A DNA stretch of 61,627 nt, filler included, from Thermodesulfobacteriota bacterium (lineage in GTDB: Bacteria; DASVDK01), in assembly GCA_036381125.1 (NCBI GenBank). It is 5 parts of 5 records of this genome, joined end to end, with 100 filler letters (N's around TTAATTAATTAA, not from the genome) between each part and the next. Parts side by side here need not be neighbours in the genome. Positions count along the whole stretch, not along the records: positions 18,522 to 29,422 come from DASVDK010000366.1; positions 29,523 to 36,651 come from DASVDK010000367.1; 3 more parts are not named here. One strand, given 5' to 3'. The notes under the pieces are model-generated. The model did no database searches. It was not told the origin of the DNA and was given only the letters and a program-made list of their open reading frames with translations. Made by a program: the position numbers and the translations under genes. Shown here in pieces: positions 19,545 through 29,523 of this stretch (within the stretch, counting starts at the first letter, position 1; every line of letters begins with the position of its first letter).

Positions 19545-21043
19545 CGGCGCTGCTCGAGGTGGAGGGCCTCGCGAAGTCGTTCGGCGACTTCACGGCGGTG
19601 GCCGGCGTCGACCTCGTCCTGCCGGGCGGCGGCATCACGGCCGTGATCGGCCCGAACGGCGCCGGCAAGACGACCCTCATCAACCTCCTCACCGGCCGGC
19701 TCGAGGTCGACCGGGGGGAGATCCGCTTCGGCGGCGCGGACGTCACCCGCTGGCCCGCCTCGGCGCGCATCCGGGCCGGCATGGGGCGCGCCTTCCAGGT
19801 GACGAGCGTCTTCCCGCGCCTCCCCGTCGAGGCGAACGTCGCCATCCCGGTCGTGTCGGCCGCGGGCCTCGCCTTCAGGCCCTGGCGTCGCCTCGACCGG
19901 CTGCCCGACGTGCGGCGCGAGGTCGCGCGGCTCCTCGACGAGGTCGGTCTCGGCGACCGCGCGGGCGCGCCGGCGGGGGAGTTGTCGCACGGCGACCAGC
20001 GCCTGCTGGAGCTGGCCCTCGCGCTCGCGACGGGACCACGGCTCATCTTCCTCGACGAGCCGACGGCCGGGATGGCGCCGGGCGAGCGCGAGCGGGTGCT
20101 CGCCCGCATCCGCCACCTCGCCGACGCGGGCGGCCTGACGTTCCTCCTCGTCGAGCACGACATGGACGTCGTCTTCGGCATGGCGAGCCGGATCGTCGTG
20201 ATGCACCAGGGGCGGGTGATCGCCGACGGCAGCCCGGAGGCGATCCGGGCCGACGCGCGGGTGCGCGAGGTGTACCTCGGGGAGGCCGACCACGCACCGC
20301 TGCGAGAGGCGCCGGCCGCGGCCGCGGCCGGCGAGGTGCTGCTCGAGGTGGAGCGGCTCGGCGCCGGCTACGGCCTGTCGCAGGTCCTCTCGGACGTCTC
20401 GTTCACCGTGCGCCGGGGAGAGGTCACGGCGCTCCTCGGGCGCAACGGCGTCGGCAAGACGACGACGATGCGGAGCCTCGTGGGGCTCAACGTCCCGTAC
20501 GCCGGCAGCCGCATCCGGCTGGCCGGCCGCGACATCGCCGGCCTCGCGCCCGAGAGCATCGCGGCGCTCGGCGTCGGGTACGTGCCGGACGACCGGCGGA
20601 TCTTCCCCGACCTGAGCGTACGGGAGAACCTCCGGTTGCCCCGACTGGCGCTGCGGCAGACCGAAGGCCGGTGGTCCGAGGAGAAGATCGGCGACCTCTT
20701 CCCCCCGCTGCGCGCCCTCTGGGACCGGCAGGGCCGGCACCTCTCGGGCGGCGAGCAGAAGATGCTCGCCATCGGGCGGGCGCTCATGGCCGAGCCGTCG
20801 CTGCTCCTCCTCGACGAGCCGTCCGAGGGGCTCTCGCCGCTGATCGTTGGGCTCCTCGCCGAGGCGCTCGACCGGATCCGCGCCGAAGGGGTGACCATCC
20901 TGCTGGCCGACCAGAACCTCCCGTTTGCCAGGCGGGTGGCCGACCAGGCGCTGGTCATGGAGCGCGGGCGGATCGTCCACGCCGCCCCCATGCCGGAGCT
21001 GGCCGCCGACGAGGCCACCCTGCGTCGCCTGCTGGCGGTCTAG
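19541..21043 (+). CDS. Fused double ABC ATPase (LivG-LivF type)
   Basis: Two Walker A motifs (GPNGAGKT, GRNGVGKT), LSHGDQ and LSGGEQ signatures, two DEP Walker B motifs; ATGA overlap with the permease. Confidence 0.9.
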   Translation: MTALLEVEGLAKSFGDFTAVAGVDLVLPGGGITAVIGPNGAGKTTLINLLTGRLEVDRGEIRFGGADVTRWPASARIRAGMGRAFQVTSVFPRLPVEANVAIPVVSAAGLAFRPWRRLDRLPDVRREVARLLDEVGLGDRAGAPAGELSHGDQRLLELALALATGPRLIFLDEPTAGMAPGERERVLARIRHLADAGGLTFLLVEHDMDVVFGMASRIVVMHQGRVIADGSPEAIRADARVREVYLGEADHAPLREAPAAAAAGEVLLEVERLGAGYGLSQVLSDVSFTVRRGEVTALLGRNGVGKTTTMRSLVGLNVPYAGSRIRLAGRDIAGLAPESIAALGVGYVPDDRRIFPDLSVRENLRLPRLALRQTEGRWSEEKIGDLFPPLRALWDRQGRHLSGGEQKMLAIGRALMAEPSLLLLDEPSEGLSPLIVGLLAEALDRIRAEGVTILLADQNLPFARRVADQALVMERGRIVHAAPMPELAADEATLRRLLAV

Positions 21044-21234
21044 ACGCTCGACCTCGCCGTCGCCGTTCGTGCCGGCGGCTCGCGATGCGGCTCGCCCGCG
21101 AGTCGCGCCCCGGCCGGCAGGCGCGCCACGTCGTCAGGTACTTCGACCTCCCCTGCTCGGCGGGGCCCCCGGCGCGCCCACCGGCCCCCAGCCCTCGACC
21201 GCCGTTGCGCAGCGGGTCCGCATGCCCGCCGGCC

Positions 21235-21708
21235 CTACGCGCCCGCGCTCGCAGCCGCCGCGAAGGCCTCCAGTCCCTTGCCCCAACCGGAGTCGAGGGC
21301 GGCGCGAAGCGCTCCGGCCTGCTCGCCGAACCGCTCGAGGTTGCGATGCGTAAGCTCGACGCGCGTGCCGTCCGTCCCGTCCGGGACGAAGCGCACCTCG
21401 AGTTCGGTGACGAAGCCGGGGTCGAAGCGCCACCGAGCGTCGATCTGCCAGGCGAGCAGGATGCGAGTCGGCGGCTCCCAGGCGAGGACGCGGCCCCAGT
21501 CGCACTCGGTGCCGTCGGCGCCTCGCTCGAACCAGCGTCCGCCCTCGTGCGGCTCCACGACGATCGCCGTCCGGGGCGAGGCGAGGAGCGTGTTCTCGAC
21601 CGGCCACCAGCGGTGCATGCCCGCCGTGAAGACCTCGAAGGCTCGCCGAGGCGCGACTCCGACACGAAGGCTCTTGCGAATGGGCTCGGGGGTGGTGGTG
21701 GACGTCAT
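21235..21708 (-). CDS. SRPBCC/AHSA1-family protein
   Basis: AFEVFTAGMHRWWP, WGRVLAWEPP.RILLAW and TRVELTHR. Confidence 0.88.
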   Translation of the reverse strand: MTSTTTPEPIRKSLRVGVAPRRAFEVFTAGMHRWWPVENTLLASPRTAIVVEPHEGGRWFERGADGTECDWGRVLAWEPPTRILLAWQIDARWRFDPGFVTELEVRFVPDGTDGTRVELTHRNLERFGEQAGALRAALDSGWGKGLEAFAAAASAGA

Positions 21709-22022
21709 CCGTTCTCCCTCCCGTCAGCTTCGGCTTCGGCCTTGAAGGCCTCCAGGGTGCGATCCCAGAACCGGTCGAGCCAGGCACGGACCGCCGTGAG
21801 CCCTGCCGGGTCGATCCGGTAGATGCGCCTGGCGCCCTCCGCACGATCGGTCACCAGGCCAGCGGCTTTCAGAACGGCGAGGTGCTGCGAAACGGCCGGC
21901 CGACTCACCGGCAGGCCGCGTGCCAGCTCGCCGACCGCTTGCGGGCCGCTCGCCAGCCGCTCGAAGACGAGGCGGCGAGTCGGATCGGCGAGGGCCGAGA
22001 GCGCACGCTGCATGTCAGTCAT
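21705..22022 (-). CDS. ArsR/SmtB-family transcriptional regulator
   Basis: ALADPTRR...VSRPAVSQHLAVLKAAGLV; the common ArsR-SRPBCC pair. Confidence 0.92.
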   Translation of the reverse strand: MTDMQRALSALADPTRRLVFERLASGPQAVGELARGLPVSRPAVSQHLAVLKAAGLVTDRAEGARRIYRIDPAGLTAVRAWLDRFWDRTLEAFKAEAEADGRENG

Positions 22023-22027
22023 GACTT

Positions 22028-22056
22028 ACCGTAATCGATTGCTTACGAGATGTCAA
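22028..22056 (-). promoter_or_regulatory. Sigma70 promoter of arsR with overlapping palindromic operator; probably leaderless
   Basis: TTGACA-17nt-TACGGT on the minus strand, 5 nt before the ATG; CGTAA-N8-TTACG palindrome at 22030-22047. Confidence 0.7.
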
Positions 22057-22136
22057 CGCTTAGGCTCGTCCTCGCTCTTGTGCCCCTCATGGCTCAAATG
22101 TATACTGCTCGAAATCCCAGGTAGCGGAGGAGCGCC

Positions 22137-23231
<1,095 letters not shown>

Positions 23232-23316
23232 CAGGGCTGTGCGGGGCCGATGGGCCTCGCCAGATCGATGACATGTCGGGGACGGGGATGGTCGTTCGAA
23301 GGAGCAAGGGGCAACC

Positions 23317-24492
23317 ATGGAGCTGAACGACATCCTCAAGATGGCGGTGCAGGGCAAGGCGTCCGACGTCCACGTCAAGGTCGGCGTGCCGCCCATCTTT
23401 CGCGTGAACGGCGCGCTGGCGCCCATGAAGGGCGCGGAGCGGCTGACGCCGGAGGTCATCAGCAAGATGGCCTTCGGCATCATGAACGCGCAGCAGAAGG
23501 AGAAGTTCGCCCGGGACAACGAGTGCGACCTGGCGTACGGCGTGCCGGGGCTCGGGCGCTTCCGCGTCAACGTGTTCCAGCAGCGCGGCACGGTCGGGAT
23601 GGTGCTGCGCGCGATCCCGTTCGGCACCCAGACGATCGAGCAGCTCCTCCTGCCCAGGGTCATCGAGAAGATCGCCATGGAGCAGCGGGGGCTGGTCCTC
23701 GTGACCGGCACCACCGGGTCCGGCAAGTCGACGACGCTCGCCGCGATGATCGACCACATCAACTCGAACCGCACGGCGCACATCGTGACGATCGAGGACC
23801 CGATCGAGTTCCTCCACCGCGACAAGAAGAGCATCGTCAACCAGCGCGAGGTCGGCTTCGACACGAAGGGCTTCGCCAACGCCCTGCGCGCCGCCCTCCG
23901 CCAGGACCCCGACGTGATCCTCGTGGGCGAGATGCGCGACGCCGAGACGATCGAGACCGCGCTCACGGCGGCCGAGACGGGCCACCTGGTCATGTCGACC
24001 CTGCACACGATCGACGCGACCGAGACGATCAACCGCATCATCTCCGTCTTCCCGGTGCACCAGCAGAAGCAGGTCCGGCTGCAGCTCGCGGGCATCATCA
24101 AGGGGATCATCTCGCAGCGCCTCTGCCCCCGAGCCGACGGCAAGGGGCGGGTGCCGGCGGTGGAGGTGCTCGTCTCGACCGCGCGCGTGCGGGAGTGCAT
24201 CGAGGAGCCGGAGAAGACCAAGGAGCTGCGCGACGCCATCTCGCAGGGGGTTGTATCCTACGGGATGCAGACCTTCGACCAGTCGCTCATGGGGCTCTAC
24301 AAGCAGAACCTCATCACGTACGAGGAGGCCCTGCGGCAGAGCAGCAACCCGGACGACTTCGCGCTGAAGGTGAAGGGCATCTCCTCGACGAGCGATTCGA
24401 CGTGGGACCAGTTCGAGAAGGCGGGAGGCGACGGCAAGGGGGCGGGCACGACCAGGCTCGGCGACCTGACGCTCGAGCGGTTCTCCAGGTAG
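23317..24492 (+). CDS. pilT: Type IV pilus retraction ATPase PilT/PilU family
   Basis: GRFRVNVF, GTTGSGKST, TIEDPIE, ALRQDPDVILVGEMRD and GMQTFDQSL. Confidence 0.93.
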   Translation: MELNDILKMAVQGKASDVHVKVGVPPIFRVNGALAPMKGAERLTPEVISKMAFGIMNAQQKEKFARDNECDLAYGVPGLGRFRVNVFQQRGTVGMVLRAIPFGTQTIEQLLLPRVIEKIAMEQRGLVLVTGTTGSGKSTTLAAMIDHINSNRTAHIVTIEDPIEFLHRDKKSIVNQREVGFDTKGFANALRAALRQDPDVILVGEMRDAETIETALTAAETGHLVMSTLHTIDATETINRIISVFPVHQQKQVRLQLAGIIKGIISQRLCPRADGKGRVPAVEVLVSTARVRECIEEPEKTKELRDAISQGVVSYGMQTFDQSLMGLYKQNLITYEEALRQSSNPDDFALKVKGISSTSDSTWDQFEKAGGDGKGAGTTRLGDLTLERFSR

Positions 24493-24992
24493 CGCCGGGC
24501 GGCGGCGCGGCCGCCGAGCCGGCGCAGGCGGCGTTCGAGGCGGCATGTCGCAGCCTGGCGGCCAGGCGCCAGACGCGCGCGGAGCTGGCGCGCAAGCTCG
24601 CCCGCAAGGGGTTCGCGGCCGAGGTCGCCGACGCGGCGCTCGACCGGGCGGCCCGGCTCGGCTTCCTCGACGACGCCGGGCTCGCGGCCGACCAGGTCAG
24701 GGCGCTCGCCGAGGGGCGCCTCTACGGGCGCCGCCGGATCGCGCAGACCCTTGCCGCCCGCGGCCTCTCCCGCGAGACCATCGCCTCGGCGCTCGACGCC
24801 GCGTCCCCCGACGATCCCGCCGCCGAGGTCGCGCGGGCGCGCGAGGCGCTCGCCCGGGCCGGCCGCGTGCCGGCGCCCGGCGACCGCGACGCCCGGCGCC
24901 GCGCGGCGCAGTACCTCGCCCGCCGCGGCTTCGACTGGGACACCGTCGAGGCGGCGCTCGGCGGCGCCGACGACATGGACGGCGGCGCGTGA
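24402..24992 (+). CDS. recX: Regulatory protein RecX (start uncertain)
   Basis: LAARRQTRAELARKL..KGF, GFLDDA, YGRRRIAQTL..RGL and YLARRGF; nearest in-frame canonical start is GTG 24402, inside pilT. Confidence 0.85.
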   Translation: MGPVREGGRRRQGGGHDQARRPDARAVLQVAPGGGAAAEPAQAAFEAACRSLAARRQTRAELARKLARKGFAAEVADAALDRAARLGFLDDAGLAADQVRALAEGRLYGRRRIAQTLAARGLSRETIASALDAASPDDPAAEVARAREALARAGRVPAPGDRDARRRAAQYLARRGFDWDTVEAALGGADDMDGGA

Positions 24993-26122
24993 GCCCCTCC
25001 ACGCTGGTCCCGACCGACGCCCGCCCCTTCCTGCGAGACCTCAACGCCCGCGGGGCCGCCCGCCGCCTCCAGGGGCTCCTGCGCCTTTCGGAGCACGGCG
25101 ACTGGACCCTGCAGGGGCTGGTCGAACCCCACCTCCACGACGACGACCGGGATGTCCGCATCGCCGCGCGGCTCGCCCTGCGCGCGATCGGCGACCGGCG
25201 CTTCGCCCCCCTCGCCCTGGCCGGCCTCGACGACGAGGACCCGGCGCTGCGCGGCGCCTCGGCCGCGCTGCTCGCCGCCCTGGGGCCGTCGCCGGACGAA
25301 GCCGACCGCCTCCTCGCGCGGGCGGACGACCCCGACTTCGAGGTCGTGCGGGCGCTGCGCAGCCTGGCGCGGCGGCCGACCGGGACGCTGCCGCGCCGGC
25401 TCGCCGCCTGGCTGCCCGGCGCGCTCGCCTCGCCGGCGCCGGCCGTTCGCCGCACCGCCGCCCTGCTGCTCGAGGCGGCGCCGGACGCCGCGCACCGGCA
25501 GGCCCTCGAGGCGCTGCGCGGAGACCTCGCCCCGGCGCCCTTCGCCACGTCGGCCCTCGACGCGTGGCGCGCGGAGCGGGGGCTTCCGGCCGAGCCGGAC
25601 CCGGCCGCCGGGGTCGCCACGGTGGCCGAGGCGGCCGGCCGCGCGCTCGCGGCGCTCGCGCGGCGGCCGGCGGACGCCCCGCGAGCGACGCGGTACGGCT
25701 GGGAGGTGCTCTTCGCCTACCGGCGGCTGCCGCCCGCGCGGGACGTCGCGGCCGGGACCTGGCCGGGGCTCGATCCCGAGGCGCTCGACGTGACGGGGAC
25801 GATGAACCCGGCCGGACGTCACTGGACGGCGGCGCGCATGGTCCCGCGGGCGCGCGGCGGCGCCTCGGCCGTCTGGGTGCGCGTCGTGCGCCGCGACGCC
25901 TGCGTGACCGGGCGGCTCGCCTTCGAGCCGGACCACCGGCTCCCCACGCTCGAGGCGCTCGACGCGAAGCTGGCCGCCCGCCCGGGCGCCGACGCCGTGC
26001 TGCTGGTCGACGTGACCGACGGCGCGGGCCGGCGCGCCGACGCCGACCGCGCCGCCGAGTGGCTCGCCTCGGCCGTCGCCGGGCTGGCCACCGGGCCGTG
26101 GGTGTGGGAGCCCGGGGCATGA
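24989..26122 (+). CDS. HEAT-repeat-containing hypothetical protein
   Basis: Repeated helical units DDDRDVRIAARLAL, DEDPALRGASAALL, DPDFEVVRAL and SPAPAVRRTAALLL; GTGA coupling to recX. Confidence 0.6.
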   Translation: MSPSTLVPTDARPFLRDLNARGAARRLQGLLRLSEHGDWTLQGLVEPHLHDDDRDVRIAARLALRAIGDRRFAPLALAGLDDEDPALRGASAALLAALGPSPDEADRLLARADDPDFEVVRALRSLARRPTGTLPRRLAAWLPGALASPAPAVRRTAALLLEAAPDAAHRQALEALRGDLAPAPFATSALDAWRAERGLPAEPDPAAGVATVAEAAGRALAALARRPADAPRATRYGWEVLFAYRRLPPARDVAAGTWPGLDPEALDVTGTMNPAGRHWTAARMVPRARGGASAVWVRVVRRDACVTGRLAFEPDHRLPTLEALDAKLAARPGADAVLLVDVTDGAGRRADADRAAEWLASAVAGLATGPWVWEPGA

Positions 26123-26316
26123 CGGCACGCCGCTGGACGCCCGGACGCGAGGTCGCCGCCTGGGCGCGCGCCGCGCGCGGCGTCGCCGTGACCCTCGCCC
26201 TGGCCGCGGCGGCGCTGGTGGTGCTGCGCGTGGCCGGCCTGCGCGGCCTGCTCGTCGCCGCCGCGGCGGGCGCCCTCGTCTGGTGGCTCTCCCGCCTCGG
26301 CCGGTCGGGGCGCTGA
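26119..26316 (+). CDS. Small membrane protein (65 aa)
   Basis: ATGA overlap with the upstream gene; two hydrophobic segments; ends just before the kinase start. Confidence 0.55.
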   Translation: MTARRWTPGREVAAWARAARGVAVTLALAAAALVVLRVAGLRGLLVAAAAGALVWWLSRLGRSGR

Positions 26317-26317
26317 C

Positions 26318-27727
26318 GTGGGGATCCGCCTCAGGCTGACGCTCTACTACACGACGCTGCTCGCCCTGCTCGTCGCCCTCGTGGGATGGGGGGTGCACGC
26401 GCTCGTGGCCCGCCTCCTCGCGCGCGACGTGGACCGGTCGCTCCAGCTCATCGCCCGGCAGGTCAACGAGGCGGCCGGCCGCGGCCTGCCCGATCCGAGC
26501 AGCCTCACGCTGATCCCGGACCCCGCCTCGGGCGCCGTCTTCCTCGGCGAGTTCGTGCAGATCTTCGACGTGCAGGGCAGCCCCCGCGGCGTGGCCGGCA
26601 AGCGGCCGCGGCTGCCGGTGCCGGCCGAGGCGCTCTCGCGGGCGCTTCGGGGCGTCGCCGACGTGCGCACCGTGGCGTCCGCCGACGGCCGCGAGCGGAT
26701 CCGCCTCCTCACGGCGCCGCTCGTCGACGGCCGGCGGGTCACCGGGGTCATGCAGATCGGCGTCTCGCTCGCGCCCGCGGAGGTGACCCTCGCGCGGCTC
26801 GCCACCGCGCTCGCGCTCGGCTGTGCGGCGGCCCTCGTCGTGGCCGCCGTCGGCGGCTACTGGCTCGCGGGCGTGGCGCTCCGGCCGATCGACGCGATGG
26901 TGAGCGCGGCGTCGAGCATCTCGCACACCGACCTCTCCCGGCGGCTACCCGAGCCGCCCTACCGCGACGAGCTGGCGCGCCTCGCGCAGACGTTCAACGC
27001 CATGATCGCCCGGCTCGAGGAGGCGTTCGCGCGCCTCGACCGCTTCGCCGCCGACGCGTCGCACGAGCTCAGGACGCCGCTCACCATCCTGCGCGGGGAG
27101 GTCGACCTGGCGCTCCGCCACCCGCGAACGCCCGAGGAGTACCGCGAGGTCCTCGCGAGCAACCGCGACGAGATCGACCGCATGGCGACCATCGTCGACC
27201 AGCTCCTGCTCCTCGCCAGAGCCGAGAAGGGCCAGCTCGTCCTGGCGCGCGAGCCGGTGCGGCTCGACCGCCTCGTCGAGGAGACGGTCCGCCAGTGGCG
27301 CGACCTCGCCGTCCAGTCCGGCCTGACGCTCGTCCTCGAGCCGCCGCCGCCGCTCGTGGTACTCGGCGACGAGCTGCGCCTCAGGGAGCTGCTCCTGAAC
27401 CTCCTCGAGAACGCCCGCAAGTACACGCCGGCCGGCGGCCGCATCACCGTGCGCCTGGCCGCCGACGAGGCGGCGCGGGTCGCGCGGATCAGCGTCGAGG
27501 ACACCGGCGTCGGCATCCCCGCCGACTCCGTCCCGCGCCTCTTCGACCCCTTCTTCCGCGCCGACGCCGCGCGGGCGCGCGACGCCGGCGGCAGCGGCCT
27601 CGGCCTCACGCTGGTCAAGCGGATCGCCGATCTGCACGGCGGGTCGGTGACGGTCGACAGCGAGGTGGGCAAGGGGACCCGCTTCACGGTCAGCCTCCCC
27701 CTGGCCGAGGCGCCGGCGCCGGTCTGA
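26318..27727 (+). CDS. HAMP-domain sensor histidine kinase (CusS/heavy-metal sensor-like)
   Basis: Two TMs, HAMP, FAADASHELRTPL H-box, NLLENARKY, DTGVGI and GGSGLGL. Confidence 0.95.
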   Translation: MGIRLRLTLYYTTLLALLVALVGWGVHALVARLLARDVDRSLQLIARQVNEAAGRGLPDPSSLTLIPDPASGAVFLGEFVQIFDVQGSPRGVAGKRPRLPVPAEALSRALRGVADVRTVASADGRERIRLLTAPLVDGRRVTGVMQIGVSLAPAEVTLARLATALALGCAAALVVAAVGGYWLAGVALRPIDAMVSAASSISHTDLSRRLPEPPYRDELARLAQTFNAMIARLEEAFARLDRFAADASHELRTPLTILRGEVDLALRHPRTPEEYREVLASNRDEIDRMATIVDQLLLLARAEKGQLVLAREPVRLDRLVEETVRQWRDLAVQSGLTLVLEPPPPLVVLGDELRLRELLLNLLENARKYTPAGGRITVRLAADEAARVARISVEDTGVGIPADSVPRLFDPFFRADAARARDAGGSGLGLTLVKRIADLHGGSVTVDSEVGKGTRFTVSLPLAEAPAPV

Positions 27728-27837
27728 CCACGGTGAGGCGCGTCCCGGTCGTCGACGGCGGCCGCGGCAGCCTTTCCTCGCCGTTGACACGCGACCTGCA
27801 GGGGCGGCCCGAGGTTCCCACCTCAGGAGGACCGACG

Positions 27838-28431
27838 ATGACCGCCGCACAGGGCGCCATCACCTGGCGCCACGACCTCGAGGGCGCACTCGGCGACGCA
27901 CGGGCCCAGGGCCGGCACGTGCTGCTCGACTTCTCCGCGGCGCCGATGTGAAGCGGCTGCGCTCGGCTGGATGCCGAGGTCTATCCCGATCCGCGCGTCG
28001 TGCGCCTCGTCGGGGAGGCGTTCGTCCCGGTGCGCGTGCACGTGAAGGAGCAGGCCGACGCGTACGCGCAGCTCTCGACACGCTACGGCGTGCAGTGGAC
28101 GCCGACGACGCTGGTGATCGATTCCCGCGGGGGGGAGCGGCACCGCATCGAGGGGTTCCTGCCCGCGGACGACTTCCTCGCGCAACTGGCGTTGGGCCTC
28201 GCCCACTCCGCGTTCGCGGCCGGCCGGTTCGCCGAGGCCGAGCGGCAGTTCCGTGAGGTGGTCGACCGCCACCCGGACTCGGACGCCGCGGCCGAAGCGC
28301 TCTACTGGGCGGGCGTCTCGCGGTACAAGGCCACGAACGACGCGGCCGCCCTCGCCGACACCGCGAGGGAGTTCACCACCCGCTACCGGGACACGAGCTG
28401 GGCGAAGAAGGCGTCCGTCTGGGCGGCGTAG
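27838..28431 (+). CDS. Probable selenoprotein: thioredoxin-like (U-S-G-C) plus TPR domain, 197 aa, with UGA at 27949 read as Sec
   Basis: AGGAGG SD and ATG 27838; LLDFSAAPM-TGA-SGCARLDAEVYPDP continues in frame into YGVQWTPT (cis-Pro loop) and a TPR-like AEALYWAG; hairpin just downstream of the UGA. Confidence 0.85.
27962..27978 (+). promoter_or_regulatory. Candidate bacterial SECIS hairpin
   Basis: CTCGGC-TGGAT-GCCGAG perfect 6-bp stem; loop begins 16 nt after the UGA with G at loop position 2. Confidence 0.65.
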
Positions 28432-28483
28432 CGCGCGAGGCCCTTGCAGAAGACGCGCCTGCCTGGTAGGGTGCTCGCGACTT

Positions 28484-28590
28484 CGTCACCGGGGAGTAGC
28501 CGCCCCCGCGACCGCGGGGGGCGCGCGTCAACACGCTTGGCCCCTGGGCCATGGCGCGCGCGACCGGAGGGTCTGGCGAGACCTGTGGCG
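28484..28590 (+). ncRNA. yybP-ykoY (Mn2+-sensing) riboswitch
   Basis: Conserved GGGGAGTAGC...CGTCAACA...GGCGAGACC segments with closing P1; TTGCAG-17-TAGGGT promoter upstream; precedes a GDT1-family gene. Confidence 0.85.
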
Positions 28591-28664
28591 CCGGCGTCCG
28601 TTGGCCGCTGCCGGGTGGGGACGCCGTGCCACTGGTGTCCCGTCACCCGGCCCGCGGTCACGAC

Positions 28665-29237
28665 ATGCAGGCGCTCCTCGCTTCGATCCTCGTCGTCGCC
28701 GTCGCGGAGATCGGCGACAAGACCCAGCTCCTCGCGCTGATCCTCGCCGCCCGCTTCCGCCAGCCCGTGGCGATCACCCTCGGCATCCTGGTCGCGACCC
28801 TGGCGAACCACGCCGCGGCCGGTGCCCTCGGTGCGTGGGTGGCGTCGGCGTTGTCCCCGACGACGCTGCGGTGGGGGCTCGGCCTCTCGTTTCTCGCCGT
28901 CGCGCTCTGGGCGCTGGTGCCGGACCGCCTGGACGAGACGAAGGCGGAGCCGGTCGGCCGGGACCGGGCCTTCGCGGCCACGCTGGTGAGCTTCTTCCTG
29001 GTGGAGATCGGGGACAAGACGCAGGTGGCGACGGCGATCCTGGCGGCGAGGTTCGACGCGCTGGCGTCCGTCGTGGCCGGCACGACGATCGGCATGCTGG
29101 TCGCCAACGTCCCCGTCGTCGTCCTCGGGGAGGCCGTCGCCCGCCGAGTGCCGCTTCGCCTCGTCCGCGTCGTCGCGGCCGTGGTGTTCGCGGCCCTCGG
29201 CGGGCTCGCGCTGGCCGGCGTCGGGGCCGGCCCGTAG
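28665..29237 (+). CDS. TMEM165/GDT1 (UPF0016) family Mn2+/Ca2+ exporter
   Basis: Two EIGDKTQ signature motifs. Confidence 0.92.
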   Translation: MQALLASILVVAVAEIGDKTQLLALILAARFRQPVAITLGILVATLANHAAAGALGAWVASALSPTTLRWGLGLSFLAVALWALVPDRLDETKAEPVGRDRAFAATLVSFFLVEIGDKTQVATAILAARFDALASVVAGTTIGMLVANVPVVVLGEAVARRVPLRLVRVVAAVVFAALGGLALAGVGAGP

Positions 29238-29246
29238 CGCCGGGGG

Positions 29247-29422
29247 TCAGGCCCTCGGCTCGATGGCGGCGAAGAGGGTGGCGCCCCCGTCCCGGGCGAC
29301 CCGGACGAGGACCGGCTCGGTGGCCGGCGCCTTCCGGATCGCCTCGGCCGCCTCGTCGGGCCCGCTGACCGGCTGCCGGTTCACGTCGTGGATGACGTCA
29401 CCCGCTCGCTGGCCGGCCTTCT
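29247..29422 (-). CDS. C-terminal PDZ domain of a DegP/HtrA-like protease (partial; absent from the ORF track)
   Basis: Minus strand reads KAGQRAGDVIHDVNRQPVSG...VLVRVARDGGATLFAAIEPRA-stop. Confidence 0.7.
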
Positions 29423-29522
29423 NNNNNNNNNNNNNNNNNNNNNNNNNNNNNNNNNNNNNNNNNNNNTTAATTAATTAANNNNNNNNNNNNNNNNNNNNNN
29501 NNNNNNNNNNNNNNNNNNNNNN
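29423..29522. other. Artificial contig spacer
   Basis: N run with TTAATTAATTAA. Confidence 0.98.
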
Positions 29523-29523
29523 G

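Noticed and set aside
22085-22136. LexA/SOS box upstream of recA
   Set aside because: An AT-rich promoter-like stretch is present, but there is no convincing match to the SOS-box consensus sequences I know
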